The position numbers and the translations under genes were made by a program. Below are positions 1-11,587 of a DNA stretch of 32,655 nt, one piece after another; the stretch's first letter is position 1, and each line of letters opens with the position of its first letter. Source of the stretch: Octopus bimaculoides (taxonomy: Eukaryota); contig NC_068987.1 of assembly GCF_001194135.2 (NCBI RefSeq), forward strand, positions 52,391,407 through 52,424,061, in the 5' to 3' direction. The notes beneath the pieces were generated by a model that ran no database searches, was not told the origin of the DNA, and saw nothing but the letters and a program-made list of their open reading frames with translations.

Positions 1-43
<43 letters not shown>

Positions 44-120
44 TATACACACATGTATATATACATCATACTTGTATACATACATACGTACACACACACA
101 TACACACAAACACATATATA
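1..120. repeat. (TA)n/(CA)n microsatellite
   Basis: Direct reading of the sequence. Confidence 0.95.
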
Positions 121-715
121 TTCGCATGTAGTTAAAGACAGAGGCAGAACGAGATACTGGTAGACAGAATCATAAACTGATATGATATAGGTATTTATCA
201 AAAATTGCGAACATGGACAAACGCTTTTGTATTGTTTTAATGTGCATTGTCAGTATTACGTTTATATAATCCATCTATGATATTTATATGCAAAAGATTA
301 ATAACAAATTTTCTGTTCAAACTTATGGCGCTATCAGCGTAAATAGAATATGTAAAATAGAATTTTTGCTGACGTTTTCATTAAATTTTACAGATATATC
401 ATTTATCTGTTTTATAGAAGCTATTGCTTTAATGTTTTCATAAATGAATTCTTTGAGCTTTAGCTATAAAAGGTATTCGATTCTTATGATATTGCTATAT
501 CAAGGTAAAAATCACAAAATCTCATGCGCATAGATATATTCGTTGGAAATAAGTTATATCAATTTCTTAGAATCAAACATGAAAGCAGGCACAGACACAA
601 AAACATATATATACATATATACATAGACATTACACAAACACGCACACATGCATGTACAAAGTGGTGTATGCATAGATTCCCATATACATATGTATATGTA
701 TATATAAACGCACAC

Positions 716-723
716 GTACATAC

Positions 724-754
<31 letters not shown>

Positions 755-766
755 TCTATGTATGTA
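716..766. repeat. (TATG)n microsatellite
   Basis: Direct reading; explains the YVCM-type ORF translations. Confidence 0.95.
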
Positions 767-1516
767 TGGAGAGAGAAGGATGGAGAAATAAGAAAGAAAA
801 ATAGTTCGAATGAGAGTAGCCTCTACACAAAATTGAATATAAAACATGTTCACTTTACATATTTTGTAAAATTCGATATGCAGTGTGCCTAATTCTCCTT
901 CTGTCTTTCTAATCTCTCTCCCTATGTATCTCAGTAACTGTTTAACTATCTCTTTGTCTATCACTTGGTGCATTTAAATATACTGATATATATTCTGATG
1001 TTAAGATTCTATGATGGTTTCAGTGTGCATACATATTATACGTCAACATACAATCTGTTGGTTCATACAAAATGTATTCTAAGAATTGCTAAATCTAATC
1101 TGCCCCATGGTATATCTCCCCATATTATCCCCTCTTTCCCTTTCTTATCTCGTAGTATTCTTCAGAGGGAAAATGTATAAACAATCTTCTAAGTTATTAA
1201 AGTGATAAATATTTCTGGATGGCCAGATTTTCTACTGATATAACGTTATTTCAATGTGTAAAGGATTTACATGGCATTGGAAATAAAATCGATACAATCA
1301 ATGACAAAATCTTATTCTATTTCTGATCATTTAATACCTTTATTTTAATTCAGTAATATATATAAAGTCGAATATTATAACAATGAAAACCCTTCTATTG
1401 TCAGCGGCAATGTACCTAGTTAAATGACACTCAGCACGTTTACTTCTTAAGCAAAGCTTTTGAATTAATGTTCGTTTTAAAAACAAATCAATCGTTAGAT
1501 CTTATTTTTATCAATA

Positions 1517-1740
1517 GGCAGATAAGGAGGTCGATAATTGAATGTATATTTATGAATTTCAGTCCAACTTCTATTTATGAAACATCTGTATTCATAAATT
1601 CTAAATAGCTACACAGGCACAGATGTAACCTGATTTTTCTTTTCATTTTAACATTGATCATACGTCTTCCAATATATTATTAAATTCACCTTATGCACTT
1701 CTGAGATTGTTCGACAATAAATAATGCGTCTATAAATAAA
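1517..1740 (+). repeat. Unclassified ~250-bp AT-rich repeat, copy A
   Basis: Shares CTTCCAATATATTATTAAATTCACCT (1666-1691) and upstream TTCTATTT..GAAA..ATTCATAAATT blocks with copies near 6575-6830 and 9165-9385. Ends approximate. Confidence 0.7.
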
Positions 1741-1844
1741 CTAATATTTAATATAGACATATAAAATCCGCATACGCTCACACATATTCATACATATATT
1801 ATCTCACACATTTCATATTAAAAACATATATATGTTTGGTCTGG

Positions 1845-1975
1845 TCTCTCTCTCTCTCTCTTTCGTCCTCTCTCTGTCTCTCTCTTTCGTCCTCTCTCTG
1901 TCTCTCTCTAGGCTCTCTCTTTCTCTGCCTCTCTTTCTCTGCCTCTCTCTCTCTGCCTCTCTCTCTGCTTCTCTC
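1845..1975. repeat. (CT)n-rich compound microsatellite
   Basis: Direct reading. Confidence 0.95.
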
Positions 1976-2205
1976 TAAATATATATTTGTATGTGCCTGT
2001 GAATAAGTATGTGTGTGCGTCCGCGAGAAGACTAAGCGTACGAAGACATCAATCCAAGACATATGTTTGTGTTTATTGTATATGAAATTATATGCAAATG
2101 TATAGATTGGTTTATGTAGACTAACGGGTTTAAGAATGTAATTCAAGTAATAAGTATAAACACACATACTACATATATATGTATGTATNNNNNNNNNNNN
2201 NNNNN

Positions 2206-2244
<39 letters not shown>

Positions 2245-2259
2245 CCCCACACACTTATA

Positions 2260-3667
2260 TATATAAACTTAGATAAAACACTTAGATATGTTTCGACCAA
2301 AGACTGGTCCAAGCCATGTCTAACTTAATAGCTCCGCCTGATAGGATTATCTAAATCCTTTTAAAGTCAAGTTTTGTTGTATTGTGGTTCATTCAAGTAG
2401 TGAGCTCTTGTTGAGTGAGTTTTATCCAGGTTTGGGTGGCTTATCTGGTATCCCTTGAAGACATTTGTCCATAATTTATAGGTGATGGGATCCTCTTCCT
2501 CTTTGATCAGTTTTGGGACAATGTTAAACAGGCAGGGTCTGTTGAGGAAAAGAAATTGTGTTGCAGTGTACCTCTATGTTGTGATTCTGAATTGGGCAGG
2601 GAACGTATGGCCCGTAGTCCCAGCCGTGGATGAACCTTGAAGCTAATGTTCAGGTCGTTTCTGCAATGCTGACGGTATATTCTCCACATCGTGGAGAATA
2701 TACCGGAGATGTACCGCTCGTGGCGGCACTGGAGAGAGTAGAGTTTCAAGGCTTTAAGGCGGTCCAAGTAATTGAGATCAGTCATGCCTTTCGTTCGTTT
2801 AGTGAGTGCTCTCTGAGGTGAAATCAATTTTCGAGATGTTTTGTTTTATATGGGGAGATCACAGGAGGCAGCTGTGTCGGGGTTGTGGCCGTACAAAGGA
2901 GGAGAAAAGTGGAATGATGACACCTTGTTCTTTGGACCGAAAGGTTCTTAAGATCCCGGAGCTCATCCTACGAGCTATATTGACCTTATTGATGAGGTAA
3001 GCACTCCAACTGAGATTGTTATCAGCAATTACACCTAGGTCTCTGATATTATTAGATGCTGTGAGCGGTTACCCCGAAGGAAGAGAGCATCGCTGTTTTA
3101 GTATAGGCTTTCTTCTAAAATGCATCAGCTCAAATTTTTCCTCGTTTTGTTGCATTTTGTTTTTGTCTGCCCATTGACTCATAACATAGATATCAGACTG
3201 GAGTTGAGTTCGGTCTTCTTCTTCATTGATGATGTGCTGGAGCATGGTGTCATCAGCAAATAGTTTCACTCTGCAGTGATTTACGACGCTGGAAAGTCGT
3301 TTATGTAGATTATAAAGAGGAGCGGAACCAAGTCAGTCCCCTGAGGGACACCACTGGTGACTTTTGCTGGGATTCAGTGGACTCCATCGACCACTTATGT
3401 TCTATCCCCAGGAAATACTCAATCCAGTTTAGAAGCTTTCCATGGATTCCAACATTTGCCAATTTTGAGAGTAAGATATCATGGTCAACTCTGTGGAACG
3501 CTTTACTGAAGTCAAGATATATGACATCAGAGTTCGTACCTGTTCCCAAGGCTTTAAGTAAATCCTCATTGTGGTGTAAGAGCTGTGTTAGATAGTCCTT
3601 GCCACAGCGAACGCCATGGTGATTTGTATTAAGGAATTTGTAGATCTCCAGGAAACCAGCTATGCTT
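2260..3667 (-). mobile_element. Decayed CR1/L2-group LINE: RT domain through 3' end; 5' part lost in the gap
   Basis: Minus-strand RT motifs YLDFSKAFHRVDH, SGVPQGTDLVPLLF and VKLFADDT, then post-RT LKALKLYSLQCRHERY, all broken by frameshifts. The 3' end has a 5-bp hairpin (2295-2309) and short ATCTAAGT tail repeats (2267-2287). Confidence 0.9.
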
Positions 3668-5938
3668 NNNNNNNNNNNNNNNNNNNNNNNNNNNNNNNNN
3701 NNNNNNNNNNNNNNNNNNNNNNNNNNNNNNNNNNNNNNNNNNNNNNNNNNNNNNNNNNNNNNNNNNNNNNNNNNNNNNNNNNNNNNNNNNNNNNNNNNNN
3801 NNNNNNNNNNNNNNNNNNNNNNNNNNNNNNNNNNNNNNNNNNNNNNNNNNNNNNNNNNNNNNNNNNNNNNNNNNNNNNNNNNNNNNNNNNNNNNNNNNNN
3901 NNNNNNNNNNNNNNNNNNNNNNNNNNNNNNNNNNNNNNNNNNNNNNNNNNNNNNNNNNNNNNNNNNNNNNNNNNNNNNNNNNNNNNNNNNNNNNNNNNNN
4001 NNNNNNNNNNNNNNNNNNNNNNNNNNNNNNNNNNNNNNNNNNNNNNNNNNNNNNNNNNNNNNNNNNNNNNNNNNNNNNNNNNNNNNNNNNNNNNNNNNNN
4101 NNNNNNNNNNNNNNNNNNNNNNNNNNNNNNNNNNNNNNNNNNNNNNNNNNNNNNNNNNNNNNNNNNNNNNNNNNNNNNNNNNNNNNNNNNNNNNNNNNNN
4201 NNNNNNNNNNNNNNNNNGTATGTATGTATGTATGTATTCTAGATACATAATTTATTTCATGTAACCGAGAAGTAACTAAGAGAACTAACTAATTAGAGAA
4301 GTAACTAAGAAATGCCTCACCTGAGATATACGGTATAAAATTGAATTTAAGCGAACTAAAAATATAGATGGGAGAATTGCCTTAAGGTGCTAAATATACG
4401 TTCCATTTATGGTAAACAACTGATAGAATACAATTTTCTTTCAGTTATGTTCCTATATTCTCGCTATAATGATGTATTATGGATGTATTTTGGAAAATAA
4501 TTACATTTAATTGATCTGCACATAACCAATTCAAGACCTTTTGTTGTAATGAATTGAATCTATATATAAGTGCACAATTCCCATGCGATATGCTAAAAAA
4601 TATCGACACCTCATGCTTAACGGTTTTCTTTCGTACAACCTTAGATACAGGTTTAAGTTTCAGCTTGTTTATCGACTATCCCAGCCGATGTGTTTCCAAC
4701 ATAACTAGTAGACATGGCACTCAGTTTCTGGAAACTCAATCTGTGTATCGATAACACAGACACCCACTCAAAAATACACACACACCGTTATATACATAAA
4801 ACTATATACATACTTGTATACAAACCATAATACTGCCTTTTTAATCTCATATTTTAATATATATATATATATATATANNNNNNNNNNNNNNNNNNNNNNN
4901 NNNNNNNNNNNNNNNNNNNNNNNNNNNNNNNNNNNNNNNNNNNNNNNNNNNNNNNNNNNNNNNNNNNNNNNNNNNNNNNNNNNNNNNNNNNNNNNNNNNN
5001 NNNNNNNNNNNNNNNNNNNNNNNNNNNNNNNNNNNNNNNNNNNNNNNNNNNNNNNNNNNNNNNNNNNNNNNNNNNNNNNNNNNNNNNNNNNNNNNNNNNN
5101 NNNNNNNNNNNNNNNNNNNNNNNNNNNNNNNNNNNNNNNNNNNNNNNNNNNNNNNNNNNNNNNNNNNNNNNNNNNNNNNNNNNNNNNNNNNNNNNNNNNN
5201 NNNNNNNNNNNNNNNNNNNNNNNNNNNNNNNNNNNNNNNNNNNNNNNNNNNNNNNNNNNNNNNNNNNNNNNNNNNNNNNNNNNNNNNNNNNNNNNNNNNN
5301 NNNNNNNNNNNNNNNNNNNNNNNNNNNNNNNNNNNNNNNNNNNNNNNNNNNNNNNNNNNNNNNNNNNNNNNNNNNNNNNNNNNNNNNNNNNNNNNNNNNN
5401 NNNNNNNNNNNNNNNNNNNNNNNNNNNNNNNNNNNNNNNNNNNNNNNNNNNNNNNNNNNNTTCGGTTACGAAGAGAAGGGCTCTGAAAGGTCAGTTTCAA
5501 ATTCCTCAGTTGTTTCGAGAGCTAAACTATCCAAATGACGTGTGTTTTTGTGAATGAAAACAACGCAACATTGGCACTATTTCCGTATTACGTGTTAAAA
5601 CTCAAAGAATAAAAGTAAAACAATGCGTGAATGTATGTCTGGGTTTCTATCTTACTATATATATATGTGAAAGCTGGCCAATATCAGTACGAAATTTTAT
5701 TTTCATTTCGATTGAAACAATATAATATTTCATAAATAAAATCTTTCTGTTGTCAACAGGACATTTTATACCACGACGGTGACGTCTCATTTTGTATATG
5801 ACTGTGTATGAGTCTGTGTGTCTATGTGTGTAGGTATATGCGTATATATGTCTCATAGCGTGTGTTTTTCCGCGTTAGGTACGTTATTAAACATACACAC
5901 AACTACACATATCTTTAAATATGTAATGATTGACATAC

Positions 5939-6139
5939 AATATCTCCATTAAGCCTCCATTTATTTGACTGCCGACCATACGATGGGTCGTACTAGACTC
6001 TGTGCTGACCGCCTCAAATGAAAGTATATCCACTGACAACATTTCAGTGGGGTGAAAAATTACATACCCCACCACTCTCAATTTTCCCTGATAGGTTAGA
6101 TCCTGGAATCCTCCAAACGGACGTATTACATGCCGCTTA
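5939..6139 (-). CDS. Candidate internal exon (201 nt, phase 2-2), product unknown
   Basis: Acceptor TCTCATTCCAG, donor GTATGT, open frame KRHVIRPFGGFQDLTYQGKLRVVGYVIFHPTEMLSVDILSFEAVSTESSTTHRMVGSQINGGLMEI. No family recognised. Confidence 0.3.
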
Positions 6140-6574
6140 CTGGAATGAGACCATCATTCACTCCATAATTTTTTGTCCTCAATGCTGTACTATTCCACAT
6201 CACGTTTAAACATATTTGTGATATATATATGCAGACTATACCACATCAATTCCGAGCAACGCCGGGTATCTCTGCTAGTATTTAATAATTCTTGTTGCAG
6301 TTTCATTAAATATATGCATGTCTTATCTTTATTCAAACTTGATGTAATTTTACGAACTTTCTATACAATATGACATCTGAATCTGTACAAAGGTGTATAT
6401 TGAAAATTAAGACGACTTACACTTTCCTCTCACGTTGTTCGTTATCATGGTCTGTGATGAGCTTCGATGTGTCAGCGTTTATGTGTATGTGTATGTATGA
6501 TAGACTAGTATATTTTTATGCATACCTGCATCTCGGAAATGGTGGGTAATTATTACACATATTGTATGTTAAAC

Positions 6575-6830
6575 TTTAAAATATTTATTTGGAGAGTTTT
6601 AAACAGGGTAAATCAATACATGTAGGTACAGGAAAACACGGCCATTATTAATTAAATAGAATATTCATAAATTTTCAACCAATTCTATTTCGGAAATATC
6701 TGTTGCCATGAATTTTAAATTGCTAGTCATATGTAACATATAATTTTTTATTGATCATGCTGCTTCCAATATACTATTAAATTGACCTCTGCCCTTTTTT
6801 CATTGCTGGGCAATAATATTGTATCTATAA
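6575..6830 (+). repeat. Unclassified AT-rich repeat, copy B
   Basis: Core CTTCCAATATACTATTAAATTGACCT at 6763-6788; colinear with copies A and C. Confidence 0.65.
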
Positions 6831-6907
6831 GTGAGGCACGCTTTCATTTGCACGCACACACACCCACACACACACACATATACACATACACTGACCTGCA
6901 CACATAT

Positions 6908-6941
<34 letters not shown>

Positions 6942-8139
6942 GTATAAAAGACAGAAAACCAGCCAACTTATTACAGTCTGTTAAAGTCTGTCATACCGGC
7001 CATGACGAAGGGAAATAGCCTTGAAACTCGAGTCGCCTTTATATATATATATTTATATCTATATATTTATATATTTGATCCTTTATATTGAACACTCAAT
7101 ATTTCATCTACATTCAATACTTTCTTTCATAATGCCATCCATATTTATTTTATTTTATTTTATTTTATATTGTATATTGTATATCATATTATATATTGTA
7201 TATTCCATATTCTATNNNNNNNNNNNNNNNNNNNNNNNNNNNNNNNNNNNNNNNNNNNNNNNNNNNNNNNNNNNNNNNNNNNNNNNNNNNNNNNNNNNNN
7301 NNNNNNNNNNNNNNNNNNNNNNNNNNNNNNNNNNNNNNNNNNNNNNNNNNNNNNNNNNNNNNNNNNNNNNNNNNNNNNNNNNNNNNNNNNNNNNNNNNNN
7401 NNNNNNNNNNNNNNNNNNNNNNNNNNNNNNNNNNNNNNNNNNNNNNNNNNNNNNNNNNNNNNNNNNNNNNNNNNNNNNNNNNNNNNNNNNNNNNNNNNNN
7501 NNNNNNNNNNNNNNNNNNNNNNNNNNNNNNNNNNNNNNNNNNNNNNNNNNNNNNNNNNNNNNNNNNNNNNNNNNNNNNNNNNNNNNNNNNNNNNNNNNNN
7601 NNNNNNNNNNNNNNNNNNNNNNNNNNNNNNNNNNNNNNNNNNNNNNNNNNNNNNNNNNNNNNNNNNNNNNNNNNNNNNNNNNNNNNNNNNNNNNNNNNNN
7701 NNNNNNNNNNNNNNNNNNNNNNNNNNNNNNNNNNNNNNNNNNNNNNNNNNNNNNNNNNNNNNNNNNNNNNNNAGAATCATATTTAAATATTTATACAGAA
7801 ATTTAGGGGAATGACCAACGATATCTTCCTTCATCTCCAGTCTTGTAATGCGTGTTTAAGGGATGGTTGCAATGTTTAGAAATAGTGTGGGAGGTTGGTT
7901 GGTGGGGGAGAACACCGTGACAAACTAGCCTATAAACAAAACATCTTTTTGATTCTACAATGCTCTCCCCAACCAACCAGCATCTTCAAAAAATCTCTGC
8001 ATTTTCAAATCCCCTTTCCTATATATTTTCATTCATGCGGTACCTTGCAAGTTTACTTTGTTATCGAAGTACGATAAATTGTAGAAAATTATTTTTATAT
8101 TTCATCGTAGGCAACCAAGGTTGTTGGGTATGTGAATAA

Positions 8140-8270
8140 AACTACAAGAGTTAAGGGATGGAATAGATAAGATCCGGGCTACATACGTGTCTTAGCGAGT
8201 GGAACCTCAGAAGTGGTGAATATCGAAACGAGGTGTGTACCGGAAGCTACTGCTTATGCCAGGGATATCT
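8140..8270 (+). repeat. Unclassified ~130-bp dispersed repeat
   Basis: Matches the reverse complement of ~20265-20395 (shared AAGATCCGGGCTACA and GAAGTGGT.AATATC). Confidence 0.75.
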
Positions 8271-8272
8271 TG

Positions 8273-8299
<27 letters not shown>

Positions 8300-8305
<6 letters not shown>

Positions 8306-8850
8306 TATAGTGACCAGTTGTCCGAAAATGACATGATGTTGTAGCTAGGACACGATATAATGAAATCCGTCGGAAGGATAACCCTCCTGAGGACAAAGAA
8401 ATAAAATCCCACAGTATAGTAGATGGCATATCCACTCATAATAAAAAAGACGTACTGATGAAATGTCTCAGTGGAGTCCTCAGAAAAATAAAAAAATGTA
8501 AGCAGAATAGACCTGATATAACGATTTGGGATAGAGAACAGAAACTGTATATAGTTGTGGAAATTAGCTACCCAGTGGATGTTAACTTAAAAGTGAAGAT
8601 CAGTGAAAAAGAGAATACCTATGCTGAACTATTGAAAAATTTGGAATTACTGTATCCAGATTACAATTTATGGTATATACCTATAATTATTGGGGCCCTG
8701 GAATATGTAACACACTACCTAAATACCAACTTGAGAAATTAGACTCAAATCCAGAAAGGTGAAAGCTAATCCGAAGACTTCAAATCCAAACATTCACTGG
8801 AACTGTAAAAAATTGTAAAACCTTCCATAAGTTTATCATTTAAATATATG
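8300..8850 (+). mobile_element. 3' fragment of an RLE-type non-LTR retrotransposon (R4/Dong/NeSL-like)
   Basis: HIVTSCP zinc-knuckle remnant followed by the PD-(D/E)xK restriction-like endonuclease motif NRPDITIWDREQKLYIVVEISYP...EKENTY...IPIIIGAL. Confidence 0.85.
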
Positions 8851-9164
8851 TGAGCATGTCTAGATATGTAACTATAAGCATGATAATACATACATAAAGC
8901 AAAACATACAAATCTGCATGTATACATACTATCAAAAATACCCTGTTGTTGACGGTGAAATTCAAATGAATGAGCATTGAGTCTAGGCGAGAAACCGGCT
9001 TTTTTCTCTATTGACATAGAGAAATAAAACTGAACAATAAATGTGGATAATTATTAAAGTTTCATACAGTATATTTTACATGAAATTACTTCTATATGAA
9101 CAGTTCTTATATGTATATATAAAAAGTACATACACTCTGAATATATTAAATTCTTAATTAATTT

Positions 9165-9385
9165 ATCTGGGCGAGTGGACAAATAAAGAGGACGATATTT
9201 GAATATTTATTTATAATTTGCAATCTAAGTTCTATTTCTGAAACAACACTATTCATAAATTGTAAAGAGTTGCACGAATGTAGCCTGAATCATTTCTTTG
9301 GCCATACAACTTCCAATATATTATTTAATTCACCTCATGCACTCTTGCGGTTGCTAGACGATAAATAGTATATCCATAAATAATG
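9165..9385 (+). repeat. Unclassified AT-rich repeat, copy C
   Basis: Core CTTCCAATATATTATTTAATTCACCTC at 9310-9335; colinear with copy A over about 220 bp. Confidence 0.7.
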
Positions 9386-9974
9386 TATCACACGATGTAG
9401 ACACATAACTTTTTGTTTTCTATAGTGTATTTATATTAGTGTCAATTTTTTCGTACAGTTTTATCTCTTTCGTGAATATTTGTAGTTTAATCTGAAAATA
9501 TGAAATTTCTTTTATTGCTTCTTCGTCAATCTATATTTGAGTAATGTCAAATATAAAATTAGATCTTACTGCACTCACAGATTTTTAGGTTTGATAAGTA
9601 TTCCAGGACGTGAAATTCTTTGCTTTATAAGTCATTTTGCGTTTGGGTTGTTTCATTTCTAACGTTGCGCTCGCGCATCCGCTATACTAAATGAGGCTTT
9701 GCAGAGCATGAGATTAAACTGGACCGCAATTTCAGTTGTAATTGGACCGTGTAATGGTCATTTTAGAAGCTACACTTAACAAAATAATTTTTGTTGTATT
9801 AAGTATATAATTTGTAACGTTGTGTGATAATTTTAAGATACTATTTATCGCAAAACATAAATCGGTTTGTTCATACACAGTGTAAAACGTGTAATGCTGA
9901 GGAGAACTGTCAGCATGCCTGGCAAAGTGCTTTGTGGCATTTCCTCTGTCTTAACGTTCTGTGTACAAATTCTC

Positions 9975-10362
9975 CGCTGTCGAACTCCTTGGCTTGATTT
10001 TCATCAAGAGTAACATTTTCCCCATTGTCTCCTTCTAACGTTCGGAAGAACTACTCGAACTACTTATTTCTGTTCACAAATCTTGTGATCTTCTGGCATT
10101 TTGCCATGATCCTCTGTTTTAACTGCTCTTTAAGTGCATCAAATCCATTCTACCGTATTTTATATTTCTCGGTCGGTTTTTTCCCCATTTTTCTAGTTTC
10201 CTCTTAACCATTATTCAATTCTTACTAGATCTTGCCTTGCCCACATTATGTCACTTTCAATGCGTCGTTTCCATCATGGTTCTTTTACCCCATCATTTTT
10301 GGTTTTCTTAAGTTGTAATTTCTACTGTAGGCAGTTTATTGGTTTCATCCACTCTTTTCTTC
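9975..10362 (-). mobile_element. R4/Dong-like LINE fragment, region N-terminal to RT
   Basis: Minus-strand KEP*WKRRIESDI and DALKEQLKQRIMAKCQKITRFVNRNK match the recalled pre-RT KEPxWKRR and LKQRxxA motifs of this clade; several stops. Confidence 0.75.
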
Positions 10363-10953
10363 ATAACTGGAGTGGATAGTATGTTTTGGGGCGTAGTTGT
10401 TGCTTAATAAATTGTTACTGAGCTTTAACAATTATTCGTGGTGGGTATCACGATCGCTACTTATATTTTTTGTTCGATGTTTTAGGCACTGAGCAATCCC
10501 TCTCTTTACACTGTATGGATGGTGGGAATTCAATTTGAGGTATCGTCCAGTGAAGGTCGGGTTGCGGTATACTAATGTCCTGAATCCATACTAGGTGCGT
10601 GTTATTAATACGTTCTGGAATGCTAGCTGGTTGTCTTTTTCCTTTTCTATTGTGAACTGTATGGGTGACTTTATTGAGTTCACATGATCTAATATCACTT
10701 GGACATCTTCCTGGTGGGGGCCAGAAAATAAAAGTGTCATCAGCATATCTCAGCCATAGGATTGGTTTTAGTGCTGTTGATTCTAAAGCCCAATTTTCAA
10801 AGTATTCCACGTCTATATTGGCTATTACCAGTGATAATGGCGAACCCATAGCTAAACCCACTTCTTGTCGATATATATATATCAATGTCCATAGTGAAGT
10901 AGGTAGTTTCTACACAGAAGGTCAACATTTCCATCAAGTTTCTTATTGATATA
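10363..10953 (-). mobile_element. Penelope-like element RT fragment, 5'-truncated
   Basis: IYRQEVGLAMGSPLSLVIANIDVEYFE...WLRYADDTF is the PLE RT signature, followed by frameshifted thumb-region sequence. Confidence 0.9.
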
Positions 10954-10954
10954 C

Positions 10955-11040
10955 TAGGCTGGAGGATATATCAGCCGAAAAGTTGTGTTAATAAGCAAGA
11001 TGAGGACAAATGTCCGTCAAAAGTAAATAATGTAAATAAT
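10955..11040 (+). mobile_element. Partial copy of the hammerhead-bearing pLTR-like repeat
   Basis: GGCTG-loop-CAGCC-GAAA followed by GTTGTGTTAA..CAAGATGAGGACAAAT.TCC.TCAA..GTAAATAATGTAAATAAT; homologous to 27762-27848. Confidence 0.8.
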
Positions 11041-11185
11041 TTTATTTTCTGTCCTATTCCATAAAAAATTTCAAGCAACATCGCCCTACTCCGCGACTTC
11101 TTTCTAGCTTTGCTCTTTCGTGGCATTCAATAAGTGAATTGTACTCTTCCTTCGTCTACTTACGTCTGATTTTTTGCGCACACAG

Positions 11186-11351
11186 TGTATGTTACCTGTT
11201 GCGACATAACGACGGTCCGAGACCAGATCACTGCCCTTGATGCGGACGTTTTCGGATGCGAAACCTTCACCATGATCGGCTATAGCTTCATCCTCGCTGT
11301 TAACATTTCATTGTTGTGCTGCATAATTCATTTCATGAGTGGGGTTCCCAC
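11186..11351 (+). CDS. Candidate exon (166 nt, phase 1-2) with a hydrophobic segment
   Basis: Acceptor CTGATTTTTTGCGCACACAG, donor GTGAGT, open frame YVTCCDITTVRDQITALDADVFGCETFTMIGYSFILAVNISLLCCIIHFMSGVP. The antisense frame in the same register is also open, so the strand is uncertain. Confidence 0.3.
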
Positions 11352-11587
11352 GTGAGTTGTTATTGAGATCCCAACTCTCTCTCTTTCTCTTTTTATTTGT
11401 ATAAACACGTGCACATGTATGATAAATAACGTGCTTGCACCATGTCGCCACCATAACCAATGTGATTATCATTATCACTATCGTTCAACCTATAGCATTT
11501 AAAATTATCAATACTAATATGTGTCCCGGTATATAAGTTGTAATTTCTACTGTAGGCAGTTTATTGGTTTCATCCTCTCTTTTCTTC

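Noticed and set aside
5461-5535. Minus-strand CTCGAAACAACTG as a hammerhead remnant
   Set aside because: No CTGANGA core or convincing helix II.
7893-7978. Imperfect inverted repeat GGTTGGTTGG..GAGAACA / TGCTCTCCCCAACCAACC
   Set aside because: Low-complexity arms needing a gap; not enough to call a MITE or pre-miRNA.
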